Shown piece by piece: positions 20,741-30,660 of a DNA stretch of 59,573 bases. The notes under the pieces were generated by a model. It did no database searches. It was not told the DNA's origin and saw only the letters and a list, made by a program, of their open reading frames with translations. This DNA comes from Bacteroidales bacterium (GTDB lineage Bacteria; Bacteroidota; Bacteroidia; Bacteroidales; WCHB1-69): NCBI GenBank assembly GCA_017618435.1, contig JAFZUH010000199.1, positions 1 to 59,573 of the forward strand, read 5' to 3'. Numbering within the stretch: the stretch's first letter is position 1; each line of letters opens with the position of its first letter. Both the position numbers and the translations under genes were made by a program.

Positions 20741-21406
20741 TTATTGATATATAACAACCTTGGCAAAACGTATTACCTTATCATTCAACTTATATCCTTT
20801 TTCCACCACATCCAATATTTTTCCTTTTTCACTATCAGACGGAGCGGGCACCATGCTCACCGCCTCATGCAAATCGGTGGTGAATTCCTGATTTTCAGTA
20901 TCTATTACCGTTACTCATTTTTGTTTGAGCATGGTTAACAATTTTTGCAATATCAACGCTTCGCCTTCAATAACGGTGGCTAACTGTGCATCTTCTTTTT
21001 GATTGTACACGGCAGCTCTTTCCATATCGTCTATGACGGGTAATATGCTTTTTACCAACGATTCCGATGCACTGTTAATAATATCCAGTTTTTCTTTTTG
21101 CGTGCGTTTGCGATAATTGTCAAATTCCGAATACACCCGCAAATATTTATCTTGCAAGTCCTGCTTTTCCGCTTGCAATTTCTCCAAAGCCTGCTGCAAC
21201 TCTTCAATTTTTTTGGCATGTTTGTCCTTACGTCCCAATATGCCTTTTTTGGCAGTCGGCTCTTCATTTTTGTCAGTCTTTGTCACCTTTTCAGTGTCGG
21301 ATATGGTATCCGATGCTTCAAGATTTTCACCCGACATGTTTACTTTTTCAGCTTTATCCTGATTTTCAATATCTTTCTCTGTATGCTTAGTATCTTCCAT
21401 TATCAA
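20741..21406 (-). CDS. grpE: nucleotide exchange factor GrpE, interrupted by an in-frame TGA at 20915-20917
   Basis: The track ORF (163 aa) stops at LLTMLKQK*. The same frame continues without further stops as VTVIDTENQEFTTDLHEAVSMVPAPSDSEKGKILDVVEKGYKLNDKVIRFAKVVIYQ*, which is the GrpE C-terminal beta-domain, and ends at TAA 20741-20743, 3 nt before the dnaJ start. Confidence 0.8.
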
Positions 21407-21492
21407 TATTTTTTATTGCTCTTATATATCGCAAATTACTTGCCAATTATTATTTTCTGCCATTTTGACACTTTTATATTTATTCGGCTGAT

Positions 21493-21524
21493 AAAAAAAA
21501 AGTGCGAATAAATTCGCACTTTTA
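21493..21524 (-). terminator. bidirectional intrinsic terminator after rplT
   Basis: A8-AGTGCGAA-TAAA-TTCGCACT-TTT. On the minus strand the hairpin is followed by T8. Confidence 0.75.
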
Positions 21525-21568
21525 TATCTGTTTTAAACCGTTAACGACTCAAAAAACGCTTGACAGAT

Positions 21569-21916
21569 TTATTTTTGCACTAAATCCACAATTGCTTTAA
21601 ATGCCTCAGGATTATTTGCTGCTAAATCGGCGAGAGCTTTACGGTTAAGCTCTATGCCTTTTTTGTGTAACTCACCCATGAACACAGAGTAAGACAATCC
21701 ATATTGACGAACACCTGCATTGATACGGGTGATCCATAAACTCCTGAAGTTACGTTTTTTCTGCTTTCTGTCTCTGTAAGCATATTGTTGACCTTTTTCC
21801 CAAGTATTTTTGGCAACGGTCCAAACATTTTTACGTCTTCCGAAGTATCCCCTTGTCAAACGGAGAATTTTCTTTCTACGAGCTCTTGATGCTACGTGAT
21901 TAACTGATCTTGGCAT
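21569..21916 (-). CDS. rplT: 50S ribosomal protein L20
   Basis: 115 aa starting [18 protein letters not shown]. Confidence 0.95.
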   Translation of the reverse strand: MPRSVNHVASRARRKKILRLTRGYFGRRKNVWTVAKNTWEKGQQYAYRDRKQKKRNFRSLWITRINAGVRQYGLSYSVFMGELHKKGIELNRKALADLAANNPEAFKAIVDLVQK

Positions 21917-21997
21917 ATTATTTTCCTTTCTTTTTTTACGTCAGCGTCGATTATCGAACTTTTTACAGGCTGACCATAAATTAACAACTTTTTTTAA

Positions 21998-22192
21998 CTA
22001 ACAATTAAGCATCGATTTTACAGCATTCACATTCGAACTGTCTATTACTGTATCGTAACGCAGATTACGTTTACGTTTGGTTGATTTTTTAGTCAAAATG
22101 TGACTTTTGTAAGCATGATGTCTTTTAATTTTACCTGTTCCGGTAAATGTAAATCTCTTTTTTGCTGCTGCTTTTGTTTTTACTTTTGGCAT
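21998..22192 (-). CDS. rpmI: 50S ribosomal protein L35
   Basis: 64 aa starting [14 protein letters not shown]. Confidence 0.95.
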   Translation of the reverse strand: MPKVKTKAAAKKRFTFTGTGKIKRHHAYKSHILTKKSTKRKRNLRYDTVIDSSNVNAVKSMLNC

Positions 22193-22238
22193 TCTTGCAT
22201 AAATTTTAAATGTTAATATATTGATCTAAAACAGATTC

Positions 22239-22799
22239 TTATTTTTTAGGAGAAAGCACTATTATCATGCGCTTGCCTTCCAATCGGGGCTCTTGGTCCA
22301 ATTTACCATAATCCTGACAGGCTTCCGCAAAATTTTTCAGCATCTCCTCCCCCTGACTTTTATACATAATGGTACGCCCTTTAAAAAACACATCCACTCT
22401 AACTTTGTTACCATCCTGTAAAAATCCTATAGCATGCTTTACTTTGAAATTAAAATCGTGATCATCGGTGTTCGGCCCTAACCGAATCTCCTTCATCACC
22501 ACCTTGGCCGCTTTGGATCTTATCTCTTTTTGCTTCTTTTTGAGTTCGTACAGATACTTCTGATAATTCATCACCTTGCATACCGGCGGATTAGACTGCG
22601 CGGATATCTCCACCAAATCCAAATCCATGCGCTGTGCTATGCTTAAAGCTTCCCTGATGGAAACTATTTTCGGCTGGATACCTTCTCCCACCAATCTGAC
22701 TACTTGAGCATCTATTTCTTCATTTACTTTGTGAGCATCCTCCTTGGAGTCTGCTGACGGCCGTTTGCCATTTTCCGGACGAGTACTGATTGTTGCTAT
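22239..22799 (-). CDS. infC: translation initiation factor IF-3 (non-ATG start)
   Basis: The track ORF begins at TTG 22694 (LVGEGIQPKIV). The frame stays open upstream through INEEIDAQVVR-like sequence (..KVNEEIDAQVVRLVGEG) with no ATG. Candidate starts are ATA 22797-22799 or ATC further in, so the exact start is uncertain. Confidence 0.8.
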   Translation of the reverse strand: MATISTRPENGKRPSADSKEDAHKVNEEIDAQVVRLVGEGIQPKIVSIREALSIAQRMDLDLVEISAQSNPPVCKVMNYQKYLYELKKKQKEIRSKAAKVVMKEIRLGPNTDDHDFNFKVKHAIGFLQDGNKVRVDVFFKGRTIMYKSQGEEMLKNFAEACQDYGKLDQEPRLEGKRMIIVLSPKK

Positions 22800-22845
22800 A
22801 ATTATATCTCCTATTATTATGTTTATTATTGCTTTAATTAGTCTG

Positions 22846-22853
22846 CAAAAGTA
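22846..22853 (-). promoter_or_regulatory. -7 promoter box (TACTTTTG) for the infC-rpmI-rplT operon
   Basis: TAnnTTTG on the minus strand, about 47 nt upstream of the ATA candidate start. Confidence 0.4.
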
Positions 22854-23066
22854 TTAAAAAAAACAATATTAATAACCTTAGCCAAAAAATTTTTTTTGCC
22901 TTTCTTGACGCTGCATAAACAATTGTCTATCAAACATATACAAACATATCGAAAAACCAACAGGCAAAAAACGGAGGCAAAAACGCTATTTTAACAGGTT
23001 TTATAATTACATAAATTTCAGCAAATTCTACTTTTCGTCCAGAATCTGATTTTTTTCATTCCTGCC

Positions 23067-23100
23067 TTTGACGGTATTTTACAAAAATATTGTATATTTG
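23067..23100 (+). promoter_or_regulatory. Bacteroides sigma-A type promoter (TTTG-N22-TATATTTG)
   Basis: -33 TTTG at 23067-23070 and -7 TATATTTG at 23093-23100, 5 nt before ATG 23106. This implies a near-leaderless mRNA. Confidence 0.5.
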
Positions 23101-23105
23101 TACTT

Positions 23106-24038
23106 ATGGATCAAAAAATTGACATCAAACAATTTTGTCCTTTCAACAATCTGGAATTTATTGCCAATCAGTTAGTTGAAGGATTCATCACAGGGTTACA
23201 CCAAAGTCCTTTCCATGGATTTTCGGTAGAATTTGCCGAATACAGGCCTTACAACACGGGAGAATCCACCAAAAACATCGATTGGAAATTATACGGAAAG
23301 ACCGATAAATTCTTTGTCAAAGAATATGAGGAGGAAACCAATTTAAGATGTCAGTTGGTGTTGGATTGTTCATCTTCCATGTATTTTCCTCCCGCTCCCG
23401 CCCCCACGCTGGAGCATCCCAACAAAATCTATTTTTCAGCCTATGCGGCTGCCGCCTTGATACAACTATTCCGCCGTCAGCGAGATGCGGCGGGATTATC
23501 GTTATTTGCAGAACAGCTGCTATTGCACACTCCCGCCAAATCGGGAACTGTTCACCACAAGATGATGTATGCCGAATTGGAAAAACTATTGCAGTATCCG
23601 CCTGCAGGACAAAAGCAAAACACCAATATAGCCGCTTGCCTGCACGAAATTGCAGAACGTCTGCCGCGCAGATCACTGGTGATTATTTTTACCGACGGAC
23701 TGGATTTTGAACACAAAGAAGATTTTTATCTGTCCCTGCAACATCTGCGTCACAATAAACATAGCGTTGTCATATTTCACGTATATGACCGGCATTTGGA
23801 AATGGACTTTGATTTCAGCAACCGCCCCTACCGTTTTATTGATATGGAAACAGCACAAGAAATCAAAATCAATGCGGCAGAACTTAAAAACACCTATCAA
23901 AAAAGTATGCGGCAGTTTCGTGACGAATTAAAAACCCACTGCGGACAATACCAAATTGACTTGGTTGAAACCGATATCAACGCCGGTTTTCACCAAATAT
24001 TGATCAATTATTTGCTTAAACGAAAAAAGTTATATTAA
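23106..24038 (+). CDS. DUF58 (vWA-like, MoxR-associated) protein
   Basis: 310 aa. FHGFSVEFAEYRPYNTGESTKNIDWKLYGKTDKFFVKEYEEE is the DUF58 signature. Confidence 0.8.
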   Translation: MDQKIDIKQFCPFNNLEFIANQLVEGFITGLHQSPFHGFSVEFAEYRPYNTGESTKNIDWKLYGKTDKFFVKEYEEETNLRCQLVLDCSSSMYFPPAPAPTLEHPNKIYFSAYAAAALIQLFRRQRDAAGLSLFAEQLLLHTPAKSGTVHHKMMYAELEKLLQYPPAGQKQNTNIAACLHEIAERLPRRSLVIIFTDGLDFEHKEDFYLSLQHLRHNKHSVVIFHVYDRHLEMDFDFSNRPYRFIDMETAQEIKINAAELKNTYQKSMRQFRDELKTHCGQYQIDLVETDINAGFHQILINYLLKRKKLY

Positions 24039-24052
24039 TAAAATCAACATTC

Positions 24053-26173
24053 ATGAAGAGATTATTTTTATTTATCACAACCATTATCATTTTCATTATC
24101 CCTTCGCAAGCCGATGAGGGCATGTGGCTGCCCTATCTTTTACAACTCAATGAAAAAGACATGCAGGCCAACGGCATGAAAATATCCGCCGAGGATATCT
24201 ACAGCATCAACCATGGCAGTTTGAAAGATGCGGTGGTGCTATTCGGCAGCGGATGCACGGGAGAAATAGTATCCGACCAGGGTCTTTTGCTCACCAACCA
24301 TCACTGCGGTTACGGACGCATTCAGGCACACAGCACCTTGGAGCACGATTACCTCACCAACGGCTTTTGGGCGATGAATAAAAATGAGGAATTGCCTAAT
24401 CCGGGCTTTACGGTTACACTGCTGGTATCGATGAAAGACGTTACCCGTGAAGTGCTTGAAGGCGTAAAAGACAATATGAGCGAATCGGAACGCCAAAGCA
24501 TCATCAACAAAAATATTAACAAAATAAAAGAAACAGCTGTAATTGGGACACATTATCAAGCACGCATCACCCCTATTTACAATAACAATCAATACCTGCT
24601 GTTTATCAATGAAGTGTTTACCGACATCCGATTGGTAGGAGCTCCGCCTTCCAACATAGGCAAATTCGGCGGCGACACCGACAACTGGATGTGGCCCCGC
24701 CACACCGGAGATTTTTCGGTGTTCCGCATTTACACAGGAAAAGACGGCAAACCCGCCCCCTATAGCAAAGACAATATTCCTTATCGTCCCAAACGCCATT
24801 TGAAAATATCACTCAAAGATATCAACGAAGGGGATTTTACCTTTGTATTCGGATACCCCGGCAGCACACAACAATTTATTCCCTCTTATGCCGTAGAATT
24901 AATCAAAGACCAAACCGACCCCATAGCCATAGACTTACGCACCAAACGCCTGGATATCATCAAACGATATATCAACAACGACCGGCTCACCCGCATTCAA
25001 TATGCCTCCAAAGCGGCAGGTATTTCCAACGGATGGAAAAAATGGATAGGCGAACTTCAGGGACTGGACAGACTCAATACCGTAAAAAACAAACAAAATA
25101 TTGAAGCCCAGTTTCTCACATGGATACAAAACGACCCTTCCAGACAACAAAAATACGGCACCCTGCTTGACCAATATAAAAATTTATATGCCCAATTGCA
25201 ACCCGTTGCCAAAGAAAACAGCTATTTTATGGAAGCTTTCTACAGTATAGAAATAGTCGAGTTTATGTGGAAATTGAAAAGTTTGCTCACCCTCAACCCC
25301 AACACACCGGATGCAGACAAAGAAAGAATACTCAAAAACGCCGCCAACAACATCAAATCCTTTTTCAAAGACTATAACAGCAAATTGGACAAAGAAATAT
25401 TTATCCTGCTTGCCAATGAATATTTTCAACATTCACAATATACCCGTAATAAAATAGACGTTGAAAAAACAGCCGACCGCATATTCAGCCGGTCATTGTT
25501 TTTACAGCAAGAAAAACTGGAACAACTGGTAGCCTCGGGCAATGTAAAAGCCCTGCAAAAACTGAACAACGATGTATTGGTAAAATTTGCCATGCCTTAT
25601 TTTGACCTGTATATCGACTCCGTGTCGCCGCAATATCAAGCCTTGAACAAACAAATCACTTCTCTCAACCGTATATGGACACAAGCCCTTATGGAAATGC
25701 AACCCGACAAACAATTTTATCCCGATGCCAACCTGACATTAAGGGTGGCATACGGAAAAGTGGCAGGATTTGAACCTCAAGACGGCGTCAAATACAAACA
25801 CTATACCACCATAGAAGGTATTATGCAAAAAGAAAATCCCGATATATACGACTATGTGGTGGAACCCCGTCTAAAAGAATTGTACAACAACAAAGACTAC
25901 GGACGCTATGCCAACTCCAAAGGGGAAATGCCTGTGGCATTTATTGCCACCAACCATACTACGGGAGGCAATTCGGGAAGTCCCGTTCTCAACGCCTACG
26001 GTGAATTGATAGGTTTGAATTTCGACCGTTGCTGGGAAGGCACCATGAGCGATATACAATACGATCCCCAAGTGTGCCGCAATATCACGCTGGATATCAG
26101 ATATTGTCTGTTTATCATCGATAAATTTGCAGGAGCCGGTCATCTTATTGAAGAAATGGATATCGTCAACTGA
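24053..26173 (+). CDS. S46 family dipeptidyl-peptidase (DPP7/DPP11-like)
   Basis: 706 aa with a signal peptide followed by DEGMWLP. Catalytic His is in TNHHCG and catalytic Ser is in GGNSGSPV. Confidence 0.9.
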   Translation: MKRLFLFITTIIIFIIPSQADEGMWLPYLLQLNEKDMQANGMKISAEDIYSINHGSLKDAVVLFGSGCTGEIVSDQGLLLTNHHCGYGRIQAHSTLEHDYLTNGFWAMNKNEELPNPGFTVTLLVSMKDVTREVLEGVKDNMSESERQSIINKNINKIKETAVIGTHYQARITPIYNNNQYLLFINEVFTDIRLVGAPPSNIGKFGGDTDNWMWPRHTGDFSVFRIYTGKDGKPAPYSKDNIPYRPKRHLKISLKDINEGDFTFVFGYPGSTQQFIPSYAVELIKDQTDPIAIDLRTKRLDIIKRYINNDRLTRIQYASKAAGISNGWKKWIGELQGLDRLNTVKNKQNIEAQFLTWIQNDPSRQQKYGTLLDQYKNLYAQLQPVAKENSYFMEAFYSIEIVEFMWKLKSLLTLNPNTPDADKERILKNAANNIKSFFKDYNSKLDKEIFILLANEYFQHSQYTRNKIDVEKTADRIFSRSLFLQQEKLEQLVASGNVKALQKLNNDVLVKFAMPYFDLYIDSVSPQYQALNKQITSLNRIWTQALMEMQPDKQFYPDANLTLRVAYGKVAGFEPQDGVKYKHYTTIEGIMQKENPDIYDYVVEPRLKELYNNKDYGRYANSKGEMPVAFIATNHTTGGNSGSPVLNAYGELIGLNFDRCWEGTMSDIQYDPQVCRNITLDIRYCLFIIDKFAGAGHLIEEMDIVN

Positions 26174-26199
26174 AACGGTTCCCGCTGACAGCATACACT

Positions 26200-26229
26200 A
26201 AAGGCTTCCCGCTATAGCGGGAAGCCTTT
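26200..26229. terminator. bidirectional terminator between convergent genes
   Basis: AAAGGCTTCCCGC-TATA-GCGGGAAGCCTTT, a 13-bp stem. Confidence 0.75.
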
Positions 26230-26257
26230 GTTTATATTCAACACTCTCCAACAAAAA

Positions 26258-26785
26258 TCAACTGTCGGACAAATACAAATCCACCAGACCTTCCGGAGCA
26301 TCCACCTCCATGACACCCTCTTTTCTATTTACATTTATTATATAAGGGTCCACTACGGGCAAGAGTATCTCCTTTTCCCCCTGATGAATTTTAATGATAG
26401 CCTGTGCAGGATAATCCAAAATTTCCGCTATGGTGCCCAAATACCCCGAATGCACGTCTTTAACTTTAAAACCTATCACTTCGTGATAATAAAATTTGTT
26501 CCCCGTTAACGGTGGCAGCATGCTGACAGGCTGATATAACTCCACCCCCACATAGTCATCTGCATTATCATTGGTGATATCGGCGAATTTTACTATTATT
26601 TGATTGGGATTTTTTACTTTTATATTCTCTACAAAAAAAGGAATCAGTTCCCCTTCTAAATTGAAGTAAACTGATTCCATGTGATGATATTTGCCGGGTT
26701 CATCGCTGTCAATAAATAACATCAACTCCCCTGCTAATCCAAAACGTTTGGTAATTTTACCCAAAAAGAAAAATTTGTCAAACAT
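26258..26785 (-). CDS. rimM: 16S rRNA processing protein RimM
   Basis: 175 aa with GKITKRFGLAGELMLF and a PRC-barrel C-terminus. Located downstream of rpsP. Confidence 0.85.
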   Translation of the reverse strand: MFDKFFFLGKITKRFGLAGELMLFIDSDEPGKYHHMESVYFNLEGELIPFFVENIKVKNPNQIIVKFADITNDNADDYVGVELYQPVSMLPPLTGNKFYYHEVIGFKVKDVHSGYLGTIAEILDYPAQAIIKIHQGEKEILLPVVDPYIINVNRKEGVMEVDAPEGLVDLYLSDS

Positions 26786-26801
26786 TTTGACCGATGAAGT
26801 G

Positions 26802-27383
26802 TTATGCTTCTACCGGAGTTTCTGCTGCATCTTCAGCGGCTGGAGCTTCTTCGGCTGCAGGAGCGTTTTCGGCTGCTGCAACGGCTTCTTCTTCAGCTTT
26901 CTTTGCGGCTTCGGCTGCTGCCAAGGCAGCACGTTTTTCATTCAAAGCAGCGGCTTTGGCTTCTTTTATCTTGGTCTCTGCTTCCAAACGTTTTTTGTTT
27001 TCTTCTCTGATTGCATTGGTTAAAGACAACTTCTCTTCATTCAATTTATGAGATTTCTCTTCTTTCCATGCAGCCAATTTGGCATCTGCCTGCTCTTGGG
27101 AAAAAGCACCTTTTTGAACACCGCCTGCAAGGTGTTTCTTCAAATAGATACCTTCTCTTTTCAAAATCATTCTGGCAGTATCGGTAGGCTGTGCTCCGCA
27201 CATTACCCAATGATAGGCTCTTTCTTCGTTTAACACGATGGAAGCCGGGTGTGTAAGCGGATTGTAAGTACCTAATTTTTCAATAAAACGACCATTCCGA
27301 GGTGCTCGACCATCCGCAACAACTACATGATAAAAAGGCTGACCTTTTTTTCCACGTCTTTGCAATCTAATTTTTACTGGCAT
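26802..27383 (-). CDS. rpsP: 30S ribosomal protein S16 with an Ala/Glu/Lys-rich C-terminal tail
   Basis: The real start is MPVKIRLQRRGKKGQPFYHVVV at 27383; the track ORF starts at 27461. The tail is low-complexity AEK sequence. Confidence 0.9.
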   Translation of the reverse strand: MPVKIRLQRRGKKGQPFYHVVVADGRAPRNGRFIEKLGTYNPLTHPASIVLNEERAYHWVMCGAQPTDTARMILKREGIYLKKHLAGGVQKGAFSQEQADAKLAAWKEEKSHKLNEEKLSLTNAIREENKKRLEAETKIKEAKAAALNEKRAALAAAEAAKKAEEEAVAAAENAPAAEEAPAAEDAAETPVEA

Positions 27384-27680
27384 AACTTTATGTTTTATTA
27401 TTGTTAGAATTAAGGTGCAAATGTCGTCTTTTTTTTCATACAAAACCCCTTTTTTCTCCATTTTTTTTTATTTTTTTTCACATCAAATATCCTATTAACA
27501 TTCAGCGTTTTACATTTTTCACCGACACATTGGCAAGTTTTTTGGCGTCATATTGACAACATTTTATCCTTCAAATGCTTTTAAGTTTGTATCTCATTTG
27601 GCATCAAAATGCCGAATATCTTTTTTTTATCACATTTTTTACATCAATTCCACAGCTATGGCTATAATTAAAAAAAATGC

Positions 27681-27688
27681 TATCTTTG
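27681..27688 (+). promoter_or_regulatory. -7 promoter box (TATCTTTG)
   Basis: TAnnTTTG 23 nt upstream of ATG 27712. Confidence 0.4.
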
Positions 27689-27711
27689 TAAATTATACCT
27701 TTATATGATAT

Positions 27712-28458
27712 ATGAAACATAACATTGCGTTTTTAAGCATAATTATCATCTTCACGGCAGCCACACATACCGCTGACGCCCAACGGTTTAAAGGAGAAAT
27801 TGTGGCGGGTTGCAATTTATCGCAAGTGGATGGAGATATGGTGGTGGGTTATAAAAAAGCCGGAGTAAAAGCCGGTTTGGGTGCAATGCTTCCCTTTAGC
27901 TGGAGCAAATATAACGAAGACAAACGTTGGGCCGTAAGCATGGAAATATTATACAACCAAAAAGGAGCCCGCGAAAAACAATACGATTATAATATTGACA
28001 CCGCAGATCCTCTTTATGGTATCAAATTCAAATATCATCTCACCTTACATTATGTTTCCATACCGTTGATGCTGCATTATTACGACCGCAATATATGGTC
28101 CATAGGTATAGGGCTGCAATACAGCAGACTTATCAACTATAAAGAAATAGAATACGATTGGCAACGCTCCGAGTACGCCAATCATCCGGATTCGGCGCAA
28201 AAGTTAAATTCCAACGATATCAATGCCATTGTGGATGTCCGTTGCAGGATATGGCAACAACTCAAAATAGGCTTCCGATTTGAATATTCCATCAATTCCA
28301 TGCGTACACGACATTTCAGGGAAACCACCTATTATAACGAACAAACGCGACAACAAAGAAACAACACCCTATCGCTGTACCTTGTGTATATGATTAACGA
28401 GAAAAAAACCGATAAACCCAAACCTGTCAGAGCTACCGACAGAACCTATTACTACTAA
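27712..28458 (+). CDS. outer-membrane beta-barrel protein
   Basis: 248 aa with signal peptide ..TAATHTADAQ and an alternating-strand pattern. Confidence 0.5.
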   Translation: MKHNIAFLSIIIIFTAATHTADAQRFKGEIVAGCNLSQVDGDMVVGYKKAGVKAGLGAMLPFSWSKYNEDKRWAVSMEILYNQKGAREKQYDYNIDTADPLYGIKFKYHLTLHYVSIPLMLHYYDRNIWSIGIGLQYSRLINYKEIEYDWQRSEYANHPDSAQKLNSNDINAIVDVRCRIWQQLKIGFRFEYSINSMRTRHFRETTYYNEQTRQQRNNTLSLYLVYMINEKKTDKPKPVRATDRTYYY

Positions 28459-28462
28459 AAAT

Positions 28463-29425
28463 ATGAAGATTCTCATCATCCGTCTCAGTAGCATAGGCGA
28501 CATAGTACTTACCACCCCCGTTTTACGTTGCATCAAAAAAGCCCGGCCCGATATTCACATACATTATTTGTGCAAACCTGCATTTGCCTCCATTTTGCAA
28601 CCTAATCCTTATATAGACCGGTTGCATGAATACGGGCAAAACATGAGCGATTTGAAAAATGAACATTTTGATTATATTATAGACCTGCAAAACAACCACC
28701 GCTCCCGTATGGTATGCCGTCAGCTGCACTGCCCTGCAAAACATTTACACAAACTGAATTTCAAAAAATGGTTGCTGGTGCATTTCAAAATCAACATACT
28801 GCCGCACAAACATATAGTGGACCGCTATATGGATACCGCACGCATACTGCCTTTTGATATTGAAAACGACCGGCTCGGCTTGGACTTTTTTCTTACCGAA
28901 GAAGATGAAACCATTGCTGACAGCCTGCCTTCTCAACCCTATTTGGCCATTGCTGTAGGCAGCCAACATTACACCAAAGAATTACCCTCACAAAAAATTA
29001 TCAATATTTGCAATCAAACCACTTTGCCTATTGTGCTATTGGGAGGAAAAACCGATATGGAGAAATCTCAAGCAATTGTTAACCAATGTAACAGACCTGT
29101 CACCAACCTGTGCGGACAACTAAGCATCCGCCAATCGGCGGCAGCGGTAAAACATGCAAAATATTTACTCACCGGCGATACCGGATTGATGCACATAGGA
29201 GCAGCCTTGCACACCACGGTTATCAGCGTATGGGGCAACACCACCCCCTCTTTGGGCATGTATCCCTATATGCCTGATACCCCCGAAAAATACCATATCA
29301 TAGAAAACAAACATCTTACATGCCGCCCTTGTTCCAAATTGGGATACAAAGCATGTCCCCACAAACATTTCAAATGCATGACCACCATTAACGAGCAGGA
29401 TATACTGCATATACTCCATGGATAG
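28463..29425 (+). CDS. family-9 glycosyltransferase (LPS heptosyltransferase-like)
   Basis: 320 aa. The N-terminus is MKILIIRLSSIGDIVLTTPVLRCIK, with GDTGLMHIGAAL near the C-terminus. Confidence 0.75.
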   Translation: MKILIIRLSSIGDIVLTTPVLRCIKKARPDIHIHYLCKPAFASILQPNPYIDRLHEYGQNMSDLKNEHFDYIIDLQNNHRSRMVCRQLHCPAKHLHKLNFKKWLLVHFKINILPHKHIVDRYMDTARILPFDIENDRLGLDFFLTEEDETIADSLPSQPYLAIAVGSQHYTKELPSQKIINICNQTTLPIVLLGGKTDMEKSQAIVNQCNRPVTNLCGQLSIRQSAAAVKHAKYLLTGDTGLMHIGAALHTTVISVWGNTTPSLGMYPYMPDTPEKYHIIENKHLTCRPCSKLGYKACPHKHFKCMTTINEQDILHILHG

Positions 29426-30647
29426 ACTCACCGACATCAACGATTTCAACTATAACCTTCCGCAAGAGAAAATAGCCCTTTTCCCATGCCCGAAAAGAGA
29501 CGAATCCAAATTATTGGTATATCAAAACCATCAGATACAAGAAAGCCGTTTTAAACATGTGGCTCAATTTCTCAACTCCGGACACATTTTGGTATTCAAC
29601 AATACCAAGGTGGTGCAAGCGAGATTGATATTTCACAAACCGGAAGGTGCCTCCATAGAGATATTCTGCCTTGAACCCGTATCTCCCACCACCTTGCACG
29701 CATTGGCATTTGAAGTAAAAGGCAGTTGCCGCTGGCTGTGCTATATCGGCAACAACAAAAGGTTAAAAGGCTCTATAGAGCAGCATTTTGAATACAAGGG
29801 GCAGGATTGCACACTGAAGGCGGCACGCATTGCCCCTCAAGGCGATGCTTTTGTGGTGGAATTTTCATGGACATTGGAGAACCTGTCGTTCGGAGAAATA
29901 TTGGAACATACGGGCAAAATTCCCCTGCCGCCCTATATCAAACGCAAAGCCGACAGCAATGACAGCTATCGCTATCAAACCATTTTCGCACAAGAAAAAG
30001 GATCGGTGGCGGCACCTACGGCAGGACTTCATTTTACCGACCAAGTATTGGAATCATTAAACGAAAAACAGATACAACATATCAACATCACCCTGCATGT
30101 GGGTGCGGGAACCTTCAAACCGGTAACGGAGCAATACATAGAACAACACGTGATGCATACCGAACCCATTTTTTTCAGCCGCAACAGCATTGAAATGCTG
30201 CTCAACAATACGGATAAAAAAATCGTCACCGTCGGCACCACCAGCACCCGTTCTTTGGAAAGCCTGTATTGGATAGGGGTGAAATTACATCATGCCCTTC
30301 AACAGCATCTGCCCCTTACACCCGACATGCTGCATCTGAGCCAATGGGAAGTTTACACCCGATGGATGCCTTTGGCTGTCAGTCAGGAAGAAGCCCTTGA
30401 CAGCGTATTGCAATATATGAATCTCACCCATGACAACCACCTGCAGGCTTCCACGGCCATTATGATCACCCCGTATTATCAACCGAAATTGGTCAGCGGG
30501 CTCATCACCAATTTCCATCAGCCCAAAAGTACGCTCATGCTGTTGATAGCGGCTTTTGTTCACGAAAATTGGAGACAGATATACGATTATGCCCTCTGTC
30601 ACGATTTCCGTTTCCTCAGCTATGGTGACGCCTGTCTGTTTTTATAA
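29418..30647 (+). CDS. queA: S-adenosylmethionine:tRNA ribosyltransferase-isomerase
   Basis: 409 aa with FNYNLPQEKIALFP, KLLVY, GSVAAPTAGLHFT and TNFHQPKSTLMLLIAAF. Confidence 0.9.
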   Translation: MDRLTDINDFNYNLPQEKIALFPCPKRDESKLLVYQNHQIQESRFKHVAQFLNSGHILVFNNTKVVQARLIFHKPEGASIEIFCLEPVSPTTLHALAFEVKGSCRWLCYIGNNKRLKGSIEQHFEYKGQDCTLKAARIAPQGDAFVVEFSWTLENLSFGEILEHTGKIPLPPYIKRKADSNDSYRYQTIFAQEKGSVAAPTAGLHFTDQVLESLNEKQIQHINITLHVGAGTFKPVTEQYIEQHVMHTEPIFFSRNSIEMLLNNTDKKIVTVGTTSTRSLESLYWIGVKLHHALQQHLPLTPDMLHLSQWEVYTRWMPLAVSQEEALDSVLQYMNLTHDNHLQASTAIMITPYYQPKLVSGLITNFHQPKSTLMLLIAAFVHENWRQIYDYALCHDFRFLSYGDACLFL

Positions 30648-30660
30648 AAATTATGACATC

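Noticed and set aside
20915-20917. The grpE TGA interpreted as genetic-code reassignment (TGA=Gly, code 25) or as selenocysteine.
   Set aside because: TGA clearly terminates other genes in the window, including 9828..10421, the S46 peptidase at 26171-26173 and the ARH gene at 34770-34772. I see no convincing stem-loop immediately 3' of the TGA that could act as a SECIS. A single G-to-T change or a sequencing error is the simpler explanation.
21407-23105. A search for tRNA genes, att sites or integrase-associated direct repeats at island and prophage borders. Regions 31840-31936, 33431-33615 and 37000-37208 were also scanned.
   Set aside because: I could find no cloverleaf-compatible sequence and no convincing direct repeats by eye. 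The borders of the island and the prophage therefore remain undefined.
26691-27051. Ala/Ser/Phe-rich + strand ORFs (26691..27023, 26794..27051, 26804..27010).
   Set aside because: They are antisense reflections of the GCn/GAA/AAA-rich DNA that encodes the low-complexity tail of S16.
26802-27383. The unusually long S16 protein (193 aa, with an AEK-rich tail).
   Set aside because: As I recall, long charged C-terminal extensions of S16 are normal in Bacteroidota, so this is not an anomaly.
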